Of a DNA stretch of 64,000 bases, positions 8,780 through 18,860 are shown one piece after another (within the stretch, counting starts at the first letter, position 1; each line of letters begins with the position of its first letter). Below the pieces are notes generated by a model that ran no database searches, was not told the DNA's origin, and was given only the letters and a program-made list of their open reading frames with translations. The position numbers were made by a program, and so were the translations under genes. Source of the DNA: a virus; IMG/VR virus record IMGVR_UViG_3300040751_002535; one strand, 5' to 3'.

Positions 8780-9256
8780 ATGCAAACACAAAATGAATAT
8801 GACGTAGTACTACTTAAATGCGTAGACGGCGACACAGTAGATGTAGATATCGATCTAGGATTTGGCGTATGGCTTAAAGACGAGCGTGTACGCATTATGG
8901 GCATTGACACTCCAGAGTCAAGAACATCAGACAAAGTAGAAAAAGTATTTGGCACAGCAGCTAAGAATAGACTAAAAGAACTATTAGAAAATGGCGGCAA
9001 GTTAATCACAACAGAAAACAAAAGCGGCGAAGATATGAAAGGCAAGTTTGGACGTATCCTAGGCGACTTCCGTACTCCGTCAGGAGATTTAGTAACAGAC
9101 ATTATGATCTCTGAAGGACATTGTGTAGCATACTTCGGCGGATCAAAAGAAGAAGTCCAAGGCAAACATCTGGTAAATAGAAGCAAGCTATTGCGTGAAG
9201 GTGTTGTAAGTCAAGAAGACTACGATGCCGCAGTTGCACTTATGGAAGGTAAGTAA
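8780..9256 (+). CDS. Staphylococcal-nuclease-like (thermonuclease) protein
   Basis: VDGDTVDV, RVRIMGIDTPE and GKFGRILG motifs. Confidence 0.9.
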   Translation: MQTQNEYDVVLLKCVDGDTVDVDIDLGFGVWLKDERVRIMGIDTPESRTSDKVEKVFGTAAKNRLKELLENGGKLITTENKSGEDMKGKFGRILGDFRTPSGDLVTDIMISEGHCVAYFGGSKEEVQGKHLVNRSKLLREGVVSQEDYDAAVALMEGK

Positions 9257-9492
9257 TGTCATTTAATACTAGTAGACATGCAATAAACGAAGTCAATGGA
9301 TGGGTAGCAGGAAGACTAACCAACATACGAAGGCAACTCAAAGCAACTGATCCTGAAGATCCGATGTATGAGTATCTACTAGAAAGAATAGCATACCATG
9401 AAAAGTTTATTGATGCACGTAATAGTATGATCGGCAAAGAACTACCACCTGATAAAAGGGCTGTAAAACGTCATTTAATCAACAAAGAATAG
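9256..9492 (+). CDS. Hypothetical protein
   Basis: TAATG coupling. Confidence 0.55.
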   Translation: MSFNTSRHAINEVNGWVAGRLTNIRRQLKATDPEDPMYEYLLERIAYHEKFIDARNSMIGKELPPDKRAVKRHLINKE

Positions 9493-9493
9493 G

Positions 9494-9522
9494 TTGACAT
9501 TCAACTAAACTCCTGCTATATT
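9494..9522 (+). promoter_or_regulatory. Sigma70-like promoter
   Basis: TTGACA-N17-TATATT with extended TG. Confidence 0.7.
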
Positions 9523-9555
9523 ACTTAGAGTAGAAACACTAGCAGGAGTTTTTTT

Positions 9556-9909
9556 ATGACAATGCAACTAGTTGGTCCTTATATGACTACCACTCGTTAC
9601 AATCGTAAACAGAAACAAAGCAAAAACAAAAGACTACAAAACGCACAAGCAGAACATGAGCAGTGGCTTGTAAAGATGGGTGTAGGCAAAAGCACAGCCA
9701 AACACACAAATGAGATACCAGATTATAAAACAAGTAACACAGTACCACTAAGCAACAAGATTGCAGGCCACGGTCCTGCAAAAGAATCATTGACGTATTC
9801 AGGCGAGCGTCAGTTGTTAGGTATTGCAACTATGCATAAAAGTAATATGGTACCAATCTTCGCAGATAAAAAAGAAGATGCAAAAGACATCGCAAGTATG
9901 CGTCGATAA
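9556..9909 (+). CDS. Conserved phage hypothetical protein
   Basis: GIATMHKSNMVP motif recalled from large marine myophages; SD AGGAG. Confidence 0.65.
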   Translation: MTMQLVGPYMTTTRYNRKQKQSKNKRLQNAQAEHEQWLVKMGVGKSTAKHTNEIPDYKTSNTVPLSNKIAGHGPAKESLTYSGERQLLGIATMHKSNMVPIFADKKEDAKDIASMRR

Positions 9910-9935
9910 ACAAAATCAATCATTGAGGTAAGAAC

Positions 9936-10433
9936 ATGAAGTTTTATATTATGGCAGCAGTAATGCTGATTGTAGCCAATGTGGCACAAGCACAAACTAC
10001 AAACTTGTACACAGAAGAAGACTATCCACAAGCGTATTGTATGGCGCTGAATATCTACTATGAGGCTCGTGGTAGTAACTTGGCAGATCGTGTGGCAGTA
10101 GCAGACGTGGTGCAAAATCGTGTGCGAGACACACGTTATCCTAATACTATTTGCGAAGTAGTTAAGCAAGGCAGGCAGCATCCTAGTGGTGCAATGATAC
10201 GTAACCAGTGTCAATTCAGCTGGTATTGCGATGGAAAAAACGACAGGCCACAAAATGAAGATTTATGGATTGATGCACAAATGTTAGCATATCAAATGGT
10301 GTTTGAAGACAAATATCGTGGCATCACAGAAGGTGCTACACACTATCACGCTACATATGTAAAGCCAAGCTGGGCATCGACACTACAACTAGTCGGTAGG
10401 ATAGGTGCGCACATTTTCTATCGTTGGGAATAG
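9936..10433 (+). CDS. Cell-wall hydrolase, SleB/Hydrolase_2 family
   Basis: CMALNIYYEARG, VVQNRV, CQFSWYCDG, GATHYHA and IGAHIFY motifs; signal peptide. Confidence 0.92.
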   Translation: MKFYIMAAVMLIVANVAQAQTTNLYTEEDYPQAYCMALNIYYEARGSNLADRVAVADVVQNRVRDTRYPNTICEVVKQGRQHPSGAMIRNQCQFSWYCDGKNDRPQNEDLWIDAQMLAYQMVFEDKYRGITEGATHYHATYVKPSWASTLQLVGRIGAHIFYRWE

Positions 10434-10445
10434 CATAAATATAGT

Positions 10446-12281
10446 ATGATATTTGGAATACTTGTACTCATAACGGCGCTGTCGATCAGCGCCGTTGCCA
10501 TCTACTACAGCGTTAGCGGACTAGTAGCTATTTTTGCCGCCGCCGCGGTACCTATTATGATCATGGGCGGCGTACTAGAAATAGGAAAACTTGTAACTGC
10601 GGTGTGGTTACATAGATATTGGAACCAAGCTAAATGGTGGTTAAAGAGTTATCTAACTATTGCTACAGTGATATTGATGTTTATTACAAGCATGGGTATT
10701 TTTGGATATCTCAGCAAAGCACACATTGAACAAACTGCCGCTGCCACTGAAGGTGTTGCACAACTAGAGCGTATCGATGAAGAACTTGATAGACAAGAAG
10801 CAATCATTGAGCGAGCAGAAGAACGTATACTAGAAGCAGAAGCTAGTGTAGGCGCCGGTAACGATGAAATACAAGCACAAATAGATAGAGAACAACAGCG
10901 TATTGATACAGCATATACACGCATTGAACCTGCTATTGCAGAACAGAACGCCATCATTCAAGCAGCAAGAACATTAGACAGCGAACGTACACAACCATAC
11001 GAAGAACAACTAACTGCACTTGATGAAGAACTACGTAGATTAGACATACAAGCAACACAGTACGAATCACGCATTGCACAACTGAGTGTTGATGTTAGTG
11101 CAGTAGACCCTGTGTTAGCACAAATCAACAGCATAGAAAATAGTATTGTAAAAGTTGAAGGACAACTTGCTAGTAGAGAGCGTGATCAAATAGCATCTGC
11201 ACAGCGTACCATTGGAGCAAACGCAGACGGCAATGCAGGTCCAAACACACGTAGGTCAGCAGATACATGGATAACACAGCAACGTGCTAGAATAGGCGAA
11301 CTACAAGCACAGGTAGCACAACTACGTGCTACAGCACAAAGCATAGTTGACGCAGAGCGTACACGACTAACCAACCTTGTAAGCAACATACGCAACGAGC
11401 AAACACAAGCCGTCAAAAATCGTCAACTAGAAGTATTGGCAACTATTGATCAAGTACGCAACACAGAGTCTCCTGTTATAACAAAAGCAAGAGAAGAAGT
11501 ACAAAGAATTCGTGCTGGTGCAGATGCACAGATAGCACAATCAAACACACTTATACAAAGTTTACGCAATAGTTTAACTGTAGGCAAGGATGCCGCAGTT
11601 GAAGCTACTATTGCACAACAACAAGAAAAGATAGTATTAGCAAATAATACCATTGACACACTTACAGAACAAAAGTATACTTTACAGACTGAGTATAGAA
11701 AACTAGAAGCAGAAGTAGGACCAGTAAAATACCTAGCAGAGTTTATCTACGGAGAAACAGCTGACAAGGATATACTAGAGGAAGCAGTAAGATGGGTAAT
11801 AATAACAATCATATTTGTATTCGATCCATTAGCAGTACTTCTGCTCATAGCGAGCCAAACCACATTCGAGATGCGCCGTCAGGAGTATCCTCGACAGGGA
11901 CAGGCCCAACAGGAAGAACTAAATGACAACACTAATAGATCTAATGATGGCAGGGATGATTGGAAAGACAGTTACGCCCGCAGCTACATTGCCAGAAATG
12001 ACAGAGATAATTCAACCTCATACACCAGGAATGACCACAGAACAATTGAAAGCAATGATATCGCAAGTAGAACCGTCGATGATGGAGGAATGTTGCCCGG
12101 AGGAGTTTTGGAAGAACGAAGACAAGACTTAGAAGAACGTGAACTTTACGATAACACTTACAAAGAAAATAAACAAAAATGGAAACAAGACAATCCAAAT
12201 GATACAGTAAAGTATCACAAAGAACGATATATACAAGGTAGGACAGATTATTTGCCTTGGGAAGATTATGACAAAAATTAA
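10446..12281 (+). CDS. Multi-TM long coiled-coil protein with a peptidoglycan-binding-like insert
   Basis: Three N-terminal TMs, long heptad region, QRTIGANADGNAGPNT motif, C-terminal TM with VFDPLAV. Confidence 0.7.
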   Translation: MIFGILVLITALSISAVAIYYSVSGLVAIFAAAAVPIMIMGGVLEIGKLVTAVWLHRYWNQAKWWLKSYLTIATVILMFITSMGIFGYLSKAHIEQTAAATEGVAQLERIDEELDRQEAIIERAEERILEAEASVGAGNDEIQAQIDREQQRIDTAYTRIEPAIAEQNAIIQAARTLDSERTQPYEEQLTALDEELRRLDIQATQYESRIAQLSVDVSAVDPVLAQINSIENSIVKVEGQLASRERDQIASAQRTIGANADGNAGPNTRRSADTWITQQRARIGELQAQVAQLRATAQSIVDAERTRLTNLVSNIRNEQTQAVKNRQLEVLATIDQVRNTESPVITKAREEVQRIRAGADAQIAQSNTLIQSLRNSLTVGKDAAVEATIAQQQEKIVLANNTIDTLTEQKYTLQTEYRKLEAEVGPVKYLAEFIYGETADKDILEEAVRWVIITIIFVFDPLAVLLLIASQTTFEMRRQEYPRQGQAQQEELNDNTNRSNDGRDDWKDSYARSYIARNDRDNSTSYTRNDHRTIESNDIASRTVDDGGMLPGGVLEERRQDLEERELYDNTYKENKQKWKQDNPNDTVKYHKERYIQGRTDYLPWEDYDKN

Positions 12282-12654
12282 TGTTATTACACCACCAGAT
12301 GTAATACACAATAAATCAACTTCGTTCTTATTAGTTCAGCCTAGTGTTGGAGTACGAGACCAGTTTCAAAACTTGTTGAAAAATTTTAATAGCCCAATGA
12401 ACATATACCTTTATGATCCAAAAGATGATGAAGAAAGAAAATATGACTGGCTACTTAATATATCACGCTTTGTAGATTATACAATATTAGATATTGATAA
12501 CCTAGACACAATAGAAAGAAATTTGGCTACTTATTTTGTTAGCCTACCAAATACTTTTTACTTGACAAATGACGAGGTTACACCATATAATATACTTAGC
12601 GTTAATAGAATATACAACTTAGATTGGTTGTATGATAAACTCAAAGAGGATTAA
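12268..12654 (+). CDS. Hypothetical protein
   Basis: Overlapping operonic ORF. Confidence 0.6.
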   Translation: MTKINVITPPDVIHNKSTSFLLVQPSVGVRDQFQNLLKNFNSPMNIYLYDPKDDEERKYDWLLNISRFVDYTILDIDNLDTIERNLATYFVSLPNTFYLTNDEVTPYNILSVNRIYNLDWLYDKLKED

Positions 12655-12897
12655 ATGAGTAAAAATAAACATGACGAAAAAAATGCTATCGTCTCGGGTA
12701 TGCGTGTAGAAGTACGCAATGGAGATTTTAACAAAGCATTGCGCAGATTTAAGAAAAAGATTGCCGAAGATGGTATTCTTCAAGAGCTTCGTGCTAGAGA
12801 GTTTTTCCAATCAAAAGGCACCAAAAAGCGCCTAGAGAAACAAGCAGCAATTCGTAGATATAAGAAAAAACGTATTAAAGATCAAGAAAACTTGTAG
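12655..12897 (+). CDS. rpsU: Ribosomal protein bS21
   Basis: VEVRNGDFNKALRRFKKK...GILQELRAREFF. Confidence 0.88.
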   Translation: MSKNKHDEKNAIVSGMRVEVRNGDFNKALRRFKKKIAEDGILQELRAREFFQSKGTKKRLEKQAAIRRYKKKRIKDQENL

Positions 12898-12909
12898 AAG
12901 GAATACAAA

Positions 12910-14052
12910 ATGCGCATCGAAGATGATGTTAAACTTGACTACAAGGATGTATTAATTCGTCCAAAGCGTAGTACACTTAAAAGTCGTAGTGAAGTGTCAC
13001 TAGGACGCAGAACAAAGTTTCGCAACTACGAACCACCGTTTCCACACAACATTGAAGACTACCATTATGACGGCATTCCTATTATGGCTGCTAACATGGA
13101 CGGTGTTGGTACATTTGAAATGGCCGACAAACTTGCCGAAGGCGGCATTTTTACTTGTCTTGTTAAAACGTATTCAGTAGAAGAACTTGTAGAATACTTC
13201 AATAGCGATATACCAGAGCGTACAAATAATGTTGCTATGAGTATTGGTACAAGTGATGATGACTTTCATAAGTTAGTTGATGTACAAGCAGAAGTATGTG
13301 ATCAACTAAAATATGTGTGTATGGACATTGCAAATGGCTACAGCGAACATTTTGCTGACGCGGTGCGTCGAGTACGCAAACAGTTTCCAGACTTAGTAAT
13401 CATCGCTGGAAACGTAGTAACAAGAGAAATGACGGAGGAACTTATTCTTGCTGGAGCAGATATCATTAAAGTGGGAATTGGCCCTGGTAGTGTATGCACT
13501 ACTCGCATTCAGACTGGCGTGGGGTATCCCCAACTTTCGGCAGTTATCGAATGTGCAGATGCGGCTCATGGTCTTGGCGGACATATTATTGCTGATGGCG
13601 GCTGTACCTGCCCTGGTGACGTGGCTAAGGCTTTTGCTGCCGGCGCAGACTTTGTAATGCTAGGTGGTATGCTTGCCGGACACGATGAAGGCGGTGGCGA
13701 AGTGATTACCAAGATTTATGAAACAGATGAAGTTATTAAAACAGATGATAACTTCTACGAATCAGTATACAAAGAAAAACAGTTTGTACAGTTCTATGGT
13801 ATGAGCAGTGAAAGTGCAAACGACAAACATTTTGGTGGACTGAAGGATTATCGTTCATCAGAAGGACGCACAGTGCTTGTGCCTTATAGAGGTGCTGTAG
13901 CCAAAACGGTACAGGACATTCTAGGAGGTGTGCGTAGTACTTGCACATATGCAGGTGCTAAAACAATCAAGCAACTGCCTAAGTGTGCAACATTTATTCG
14001 TTGTACACAAACACACAATTCGATCTATGAAGGATCGACAATTGGTAAATAA
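12910..14052 (+). CDS. guaC: GMP reductase
   Basis: [45 protein letters not shown]. Confidence 0.95.
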   Translation: MRIEDDVKLDYKDVLIRPKRSTLKSRSEVSLGRRTKFRNYEPPFPHNIEDYHYDGIPIMAANMDGVGTFEMADKLAEGGIFTCLVKTYSVEELVEYFNSDIPERTNNVAMSIGTSDDDFHKLVDVQAEVCDQLKYVCMDIANGYSEHFADAVRRVRKQFPDLVIIAGNVVTREMTEELILAGADIIKVGIGPGSVCTTRIQTGVGYPQLSAVIECADAAHGLGGHIIADGGCTCPGDVAKAFAAGADFVMLGGMLAGHDEGGGEVITKIYETDEVIKTDDNFYESVYKEKQFVQFYGMSSESANDKHFGGLKDYRSSEGRTVLVPYRGAVAKTVQDILGGVRSTCTYAGAKTIKQLPKCATFIRCTQTHNSIYEGSTIGK

Positions 14053-14055
14053 ACT

Positions 14056-14109
14056 GGATGCCAAAAATGGATCCAATACATATCTTGCTTTATAAGGAGA
14101 AATGAAATG
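14056..14109 (+). promoter_or_regulatory. ROSE-like RNA thermometer in the sHsp 5'UTR
   Basis: UCUUGCU (14083-14089) can pair with SD AGGAGA (14095-14100) with a bulged G; upstream hairpin; TAAATA at 14046. Confidence 0.6.
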
Positions 14110-14583
14110 ACAAGATTAACAACACTAGACTTACCCCAACTTCACCGTGCCACTGTAGGCTTTGATAGAATGTTTGATGAAATGAATCGAGCATTTGAAA
14201 ATACAAAGAGCACAGGTTACCCACCATACAACGTAGTAGAAATCAACGAAGACGAGTACATGATCTCGTTGGCAGTTGCTGGGTTTGGTATGGACAACTT
14301 AGACATCACATTGGAAAAGAATGTGCTGACTGTTGAAGGTACTGCTCCAAAAGGAGACGAGGAAGTGAACTATCTACACAAAGGAATCGGCGGACGCAAC
14401 TTCCGTAGACAGTTTACATTAGCCGAGCATATTGAAGTAGAAGATGCTACATTGGAACTTGGTATGCTTAATATTCATTTGGTACGCAATGTGCCAGAAG
14501 CACAAAAACCAAAGAAGATTGCTATCAAACAGTTTGACACTGTTGATGCTTATGAAGCAGCAATCGACGGAAAAGCAGGCTAA
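14107..14583 (+). CDS. Small heat-shock protein (Hsp20/IbpA family)
   Basis: VGFDR, YPPYN, LAVAGF, YLHKGI and GMLNIHL motifs. Confidence 0.95.
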   Translation: MTRLTTLDLPQLHRATVGFDRMFDEMNRAFENTKSTGYPPYNVVEINEDEYMISLAVAGFGMDNLDITLEKNVLTVEGTAPKGDEEVNYLHKGIGGRNFRRQFTLAEHIEVEDATLELGMLNIHLVRNVPEAQKPKKIAIKQFDTVDAYEAAIDGKAG

Positions 14584-14590
14584 CAGTCTA

Positions 14591-14617
14591 GGGGGAGTGA
14601 AATATCTCCCCCATTTT
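14591..14617 (+). terminator. Rho-independent terminator-like hairpin
   Basis: GGGGGAG-TGAAATAT-CTCCCCC-ATTTT. Confidence 0.65.
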
Positions 14618-14631
14618 ACTAGGAGATAAAA

Positions 14632-14931
14632 ATGAGCGCAGATGTAAAACTAGATGAACGAATTAAAATTGATTTTAATGAACCAAAGAAATATAAAGTA
14701 ATATTTTTAAATGACGATACTACTCCTATGGAGTTTGTTATTGATGTATTAGTTAATATTTTTAAACATACACCAGATAGTGCTATGCAAATAACCATGC
14801 AAGTACACGAAGAAGGCAGTGGTGTTGTTGGTGTGTATTCACACGAAGTTGCTGAAATGAAAACAACTGAAACAGTAATCCTATCACGAAATCACGGATT
14901 TCATTTACAAATCAAGTTAGAGGAAGAATGA
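14632..14931 (+). CDS. clpS: ClpS N-end-rule adaptor
   Basis: YKVIFLNDDTTPMEFVI, VHEEGSGVVGVY. Confidence 0.93.
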   Translation: MSADVKLDERIKIDFNEPKKYKVIFLNDDTTPMEFVIDVLVNIFKHTPDSAMQITMQVHEEGSGVVGVYSHEVAEMKTTETVILSRNHGFHLQIKLEEE

Positions 14932-15467
14932 GCAAACTTAAAGAACTTACCTGGGCTAATCACCAGAAAGCAGAACGTACAGAACATGCCCGCAAACTGC
15001 TACACGGCATGACACCAGAAGAGTATCATAGATATTTGTACAATCAATATGTAATGTATGCTGTGCTGGAAAGCCAAGCAAAAACATATGGCGTATTAGA
15101 AGGCATTGAAGATATTGCAAGAGCAGATGCAATCCGTGCAGACGTTGAAGAACTAGAAACTGCACATGGTATTGAACGCAACGGAGACTTGCTGTGTCAA
15201 GTTGTTGCAGACTATACAGACTATTGTATGCACATGAAAGACCGAGAAGAGTTTCTAGCACACTTGTATGTACGTCACTTTGGTGATATGTATGGCGGCC
15301 AAATGATTAAAAAGCGTAATCCAGGCAGCGGCAAGATGTATGAGTTTAATAATGTAGAAGAACTAAAAACTACAGTACGTGCTATGCTTACAGACGACAT
15401 GGCAGATGAAGCAAACACATGTTTTGAGTTTGCAATGCAACTATTTGAGGAGTTAGACAGTGAGTGA
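14928..15467 (+). CDS. Heme oxygenase
   Basis: LKELTWANHQKAE proximal His; AHLYVRHFGDMYGGQMI distal helix. Confidence 0.9.
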   Translation: MSKLKELTWANHQKAERTEHARKLLHGMTPEEYHRYLYNQYVMYAVLESQAKTYGVLEGIEDIARADAIRADVEELETAHGIERNGDLLCQVVADYTDYCMHMKDREEFLAHLYVRHFGDMYGGQMIKKRNPGSGKMYEFNNVEELKTTVRAMLTDDMADEANTCFEFAMQLFEELDSE

Positions 15468-16146
15468 AGTTTGGGATACACTGATTAAAATACAAGATAG
15501 ATTGATCGAACGTTTTGATGCAACTGGTCAAGAATACAACGAAATAGGCATGGATAGATTTAATCAACCAGGTTGGATCAACCGTGTATGGACCAGTGAG
15601 AACTATCGTAGAGCCCACATTGACGTAGTTGATGCACGAGACAGCAAAGGTTTGTGGATGATGCATTGCTGTGTGTTTCCTCACTTGGACAATGACGGTC
15701 CTATCTTTGGATTAGATGTTATTGCAGGTAAAAACAAAATCACAGGTTACTTCCATGATTACTCTCCAACGTCTTTGGAGTATCATGAAATGATTGAAGC
15801 ATTCGGAGATGAAGTAGCAAAACTAGAATGGCGCAAGCCACGTGAATTACCAGAATGGGCAAAGGCTATATTTACTGAACATATGGTTGCAGCAGGTAAT
15901 GTAAACAGCACTGAAGAACTAGAACAACTTGTGGAACTAAGTTTTGACAGTATTGACAACTATTTAGAATACATTGGTTCCTACAACGGAACAGGTAAAG
16001 AAGAAGCAGGCAAAGCAGCACAAAATCGTTATGCACATTATCAAAAACAAAATCCACATACTCCTAAAACAATGACCAGTTTAGGACTTGACGAAGAGGA
16101 TGTAAGAGTATTCGTACAAGAATGTTTATTTCCTGATATCGAATAA
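15460..16146 (+). CDS. Ferredoxin-dependent bilin reductase (PcyA/PcyX-like)
   Basis: MMHCCVFP, PIFGLDV, RELPEWAKAIF and QKQNPHT motifs; coupled to heme oxygenase. Confidence 0.88.
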   Translation: MSEVWDTLIKIQDRLIERFDATGQEYNEIGMDRFNQPGWINRVWTSENYRRAHIDVVDARDSKGLWMMHCCVFPHLDNDGPIFGLDVIAGKNKITGYFHDYSPTSLEYHEMIEAFGDEVAKLEWRKPRELPEWAKAIFTEHMVAAGNVNSTEELEQLVELSFDSIDNYLEYIGSYNGTGKEEAGKAAQNRYAHYQKQNPHTPKTMTSLGLDEEDVRVFVQECLFPDIE

Positions 16147-16168
16147 ATACATTACTTAGGAGTTAAAA

Positions 16169-17239
16169 ATGCGTTATAAAGACCTTGTAGAATACGAAGA
16201 CTTAGGACAAGAAAAAGAACAGATTATATCAACTATTTCTGGACTGAGTGCAGACAATCAAGACGAAGCAAACTTGTTGGATAGAATTTGGAAAATCCTC
16301 AACAGTGGAACTATTAGTACAAACATTGATAACGCATTTGATATTCCTCTACAAGACGAAAACATGGGCGACAAAGAAAAACTATTAATTCGTCAAGACA
16401 TGACAAAGATCTTTAGCACCATTGAAAGCGATTATAAAACAATGGACACATTGCTCAAGCGTTTAGAGCAAGGCGGCGCAGTAGATATTGGTGCATTATC
16501 AAAACCACTAAACACGTTTAGCGCAGTGTTTGGTGACGAAGTTGGATCAGCAGCATTTAGAAAACTAGCAGCATATGGAGTTGGTAAAAAACAAAAAGGT
16601 CCAGGTGAATATGGATTGGCTTGCTTATCAAACAAAGTACGACTAGCAGCAGGCGAAGGTGACCTTGAGATTGACGGCATTGGCAAAGTAGAACTCAAAG
16701 CAGCAATGAGTTCAAGTGGTGGGCGTATTGGTTATGGCGGCGGATCACAAAAAGCCAAACGTGCAGTGCTAGAAAAGTATAAAGAAAAGCTACCAACTGT
16801 TATTGGTGCTATTGGTGCTAAAGGTGGCAGTTTAGGACTAGGTCCATTTATGCAAGCATTGAACACAGACTTGCCAACAAGCGAGCCTAACAATCAAAAG
16901 ATTAGAAAATCATTGATGCTGGATTTGTTGCAAATGGACATGGAAAACTATGCTGGTCCTATTGCAGACAAAGTTGCAACAACTGAAGATGCAAGTCAAG
17001 TTGAACTTACATATCTAGCACAAAACTTTGAATGGTACAAAAACAGAGACAACTTTGATGCACTATTGCTAATGAGTATTCCAAATCAAAAAACTGCAAT
17101 GCTTCGCAATGCAAATGATCTAGCAGCGTTTAGACAAGGTGGACATGCTGGCGGACTTGCTATTAGTATTATTCCTACACAAGCTGGCGCAGGTAGAGAA
17201 CAGTGGGCACAGCTTACACTTAATAAAGCAATGATATAA
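16169..17239 (+). CDS. Late protein with PD-(D/E)xK-like nuclease motif, possibly virion-packaged
   Basis: GPGE...GDLEIDGIGKVELK; N-terminal MRYKDLVE; TAAATA upstream. Confidence 0.55.
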   Translation: MRYKDLVEYEDLGQEKEQIISTISGLSADNQDEANLLDRIWKILNSGTISTNIDNAFDIPLQDENMGDKEKLLIRQDMTKIFSTIESDYKTMDTLLKRLEQGGAVDIGALSKPLNTFSAVFGDEVGSAAFRKLAAYGVGKKQKGPGEYGLACLSNKVRLAAGEGDLEIDGIGKVELKAAMSSSGGRIGYGGGSQKAKRAVLEKYKEKLPTVIGAIGAKGGSLGLGPFMQALNTDLPTSEPNNQKIRKSLMLDLLQMDMENYAGPIADKVATTEDASQVELTYLAQNFEWYKNRDNFDALLLMSIPNQKTAMLRNANDLAAFRQGGHAGGLAISIIPTQAGAGREQWAQLTLNKAMI

Positions 17240-17254
17240 CAGGTAAATATAAGT

Positions 17255-17728
17255 ATGCGCAATACTTTTATCATATCAATGAGTTGGTTGTTTATAAGTA
17301 GCTCAATAGTTTCAGCTGATTTAGTACATGAATTCAAATCGCCAGCATTTAGTGGGACTGGATACAGTGCCCATATGCTAAGTCAAGAACAGCTCACATT
17401 TAATCGACGTAAGGACATTGATGATAAGGCGCAGCGTGAAGCTGATCGTTTAGAGCGTGAGCTAGAAAACACAGTTCTCAACAAGTTTATACGTAATCTT
17501 GAGTCACGTATATATGCAACACTCTCTAAGCAAATGGTGGACAATATGTTTGCAGCATGTGGAGAAGAAGATCAACCAGCATGTGCTAACACTGGCACAA
17601 CTGAAGTTGAAGGTGCTACGATTACATGGACCAAAGATGAAACTGATGGTAGTATCACACTTGTTATAGACGGCCCAGATGGCTATACAGAGATTACTAT
17701 TCCAGGCGCTGGGGAGTTTAACTTTTGA
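17255..17728 (+). CDS. csgF: Curli assembly protein CsgF-like
   Basis: Signal peptide then DLVHEFKSPAFSG, and F..NLESRIYATLSKQ. Confidence 0.82.
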   Translation: MRNTFIISMSWLFISSSIVSADLVHEFKSPAFSGTGYSAHMLSQEQLTFNRRKDIDDKAQREADRLERELENTVLNKFIRNLESRIYATLSKQMVDNMFAACGEEDQPACANTGTTEVEGATITWTKDETDGSITLVIDGPDGYTEITIPGAGEFNF

Positions 17729-18510
17729 AGTATCTATCTTTCATAGCAGTATTATTCCTTGCTGGATGTGCAAGCATGGGTCAAGTTCCTAAAACGCTAC
17801 AACAACCAGCAAAACTACAATCCAATCCAATGGTAGAAGAACTAAATGATCTAAAGCCATTAAATGGTCCAGTGATGACAGTAGGATTATATAGTTTTAC
17901 TGACAAAACTGGGCAGCGTAAACCAGCAGACAATGTTGCTAACCTATCTAGTGCAGTAACACAAGGTGCAGAAGTTTGGGTAATAGATGCACTATTACAA
18001 GCAGGTGAAGGTACTTGGTTTGAAGTAGTAGAACGTTCGGGCATGGACAATATAATCCGTGAAAGACAGCTGATACGCAACACTAGAGAAAACTACGAAA
18101 AAGAAAATGCAACTCCTCTAGCACCAATGAAGTTTGCAGGCATACTTATCGAAGGTGGCATTGTAGGATATGATAGTAATGTGACCACAGGCGGCAATGG
18201 TGCTATGTATTTGGGCATCGGAACAGCAGCAGAGTATAGAGTTGACACAGTAACCGTAGCAATGCGTTTGGTCAGTGTTAGCACAGGTAGAGTGTTAGTA
18301 AGTGTAGCAGCAGAAAAATCAATAGCAAGTTATAGACAAGGTGCTAATGCATTTAAGTTCTTAGAGTTAGGCACAGAAGTTTTAGAGATTGAAACAGGAT
18401 ATAGTGTTAACGAACCAACCAACTATGCAGTTCGTGAAGCTATTGAAGCAGCAGTAATAGAATTAATCTATCAAGGTGCAGATCAAAACTTATGGCAATT
18501 CAAAGAATGA
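17725..18510 (+). CDS. csgG: Curli secretion channel lipoprotein CsgG-like
   Basis: Lipobox LAGC; FTDKTGQRKP, SAVTQGA, WFEVVER and EGGIVGYDSN motifs. Confidence 0.93.
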   Translation: MKYLSFIAVLFLAGCASMGQVPKTLQQPAKLQSNPMVEELNDLKPLNGPVMTVGLYSFTDKTGQRKPADNVANLSSAVTQGAEVWVIDALLQAGEGTWFEVVERSGMDNIIRERQLIRNTRENYEKENATPLAPMKFAGILIEGGIVGYDSNVTTGGNGAMYLGIGTAAEYRVDTVTVAMRLVSVSTGRVLVSVAAEKSIASYRQGANAFKFLELGTEVLEIETGYSVNEPTNYAVREAIEAAVIELIYQGADQNLWQFKE

Positions 18511-18785
18511 TTATAGCGTTTTATTTTTGCTAGTAATGTTTCTCGTTTAATACCCAATCGTCGAGCAGCATGTGTACGATTTCCGTTAGATTCAGTTAGT
18601 GCCTTTGAAATCTTATCTATTACAAAGTCATCTACCTCATTGTGCAAACAATATTCAGTTTGATCATTGTTCGTTTCAGCTCCTACTTCGCCCCAAAGTT
18701 CATCAAATGTTTCCCAAAAGGCCTGCTGTTCTTTGTGTGTTTGTTCTGCTTTTTTAAGTGCTTTCATGATTAATCTTAATTCCAT
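18483..18785 (-). CDS. Fis-family helix-turn-helix protein
   Basis: ALTESNGNRTHAARRLGIKRETLLAKIKRY (HTH_8 pattern). Confidence 0.8.
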   Translation of the reverse strand: MELRLIMKALKKAEQTHKEQQAFWETFDELWGEVGAETNNDQTEYCLHNEVDDFVIDKISKALTESNGNRTHAARRLGIKRETLLAKIKRYNHSLNCHKF

Positions 18786-18802
18786 TATGTATGCCTTTTA
18801 CT

Positions 18803-18860
18803 GTAAATATATTTACACTAAATATAAGTGTATTTATAGAAGTGAAGGTTCATATAAATA
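18803..18860. promoter_or_regulatory. Divergent late-promoter region with several TAAATA boxes and a palindrome
   Basis: Palindrome GTAAATATATTTAC and further TAAATA boxes between the fis-like and curlin genes. Confidence 0.5.

Noticed and set aside
14928-16146. Cyanophage assignment from heme oxygenase and bilin reductase
   Set aside because: No psbA/hli-type genes here; the tmRNA tag, ROSE-like element, pseudoazurin and porin point to Alphaproteobacteria
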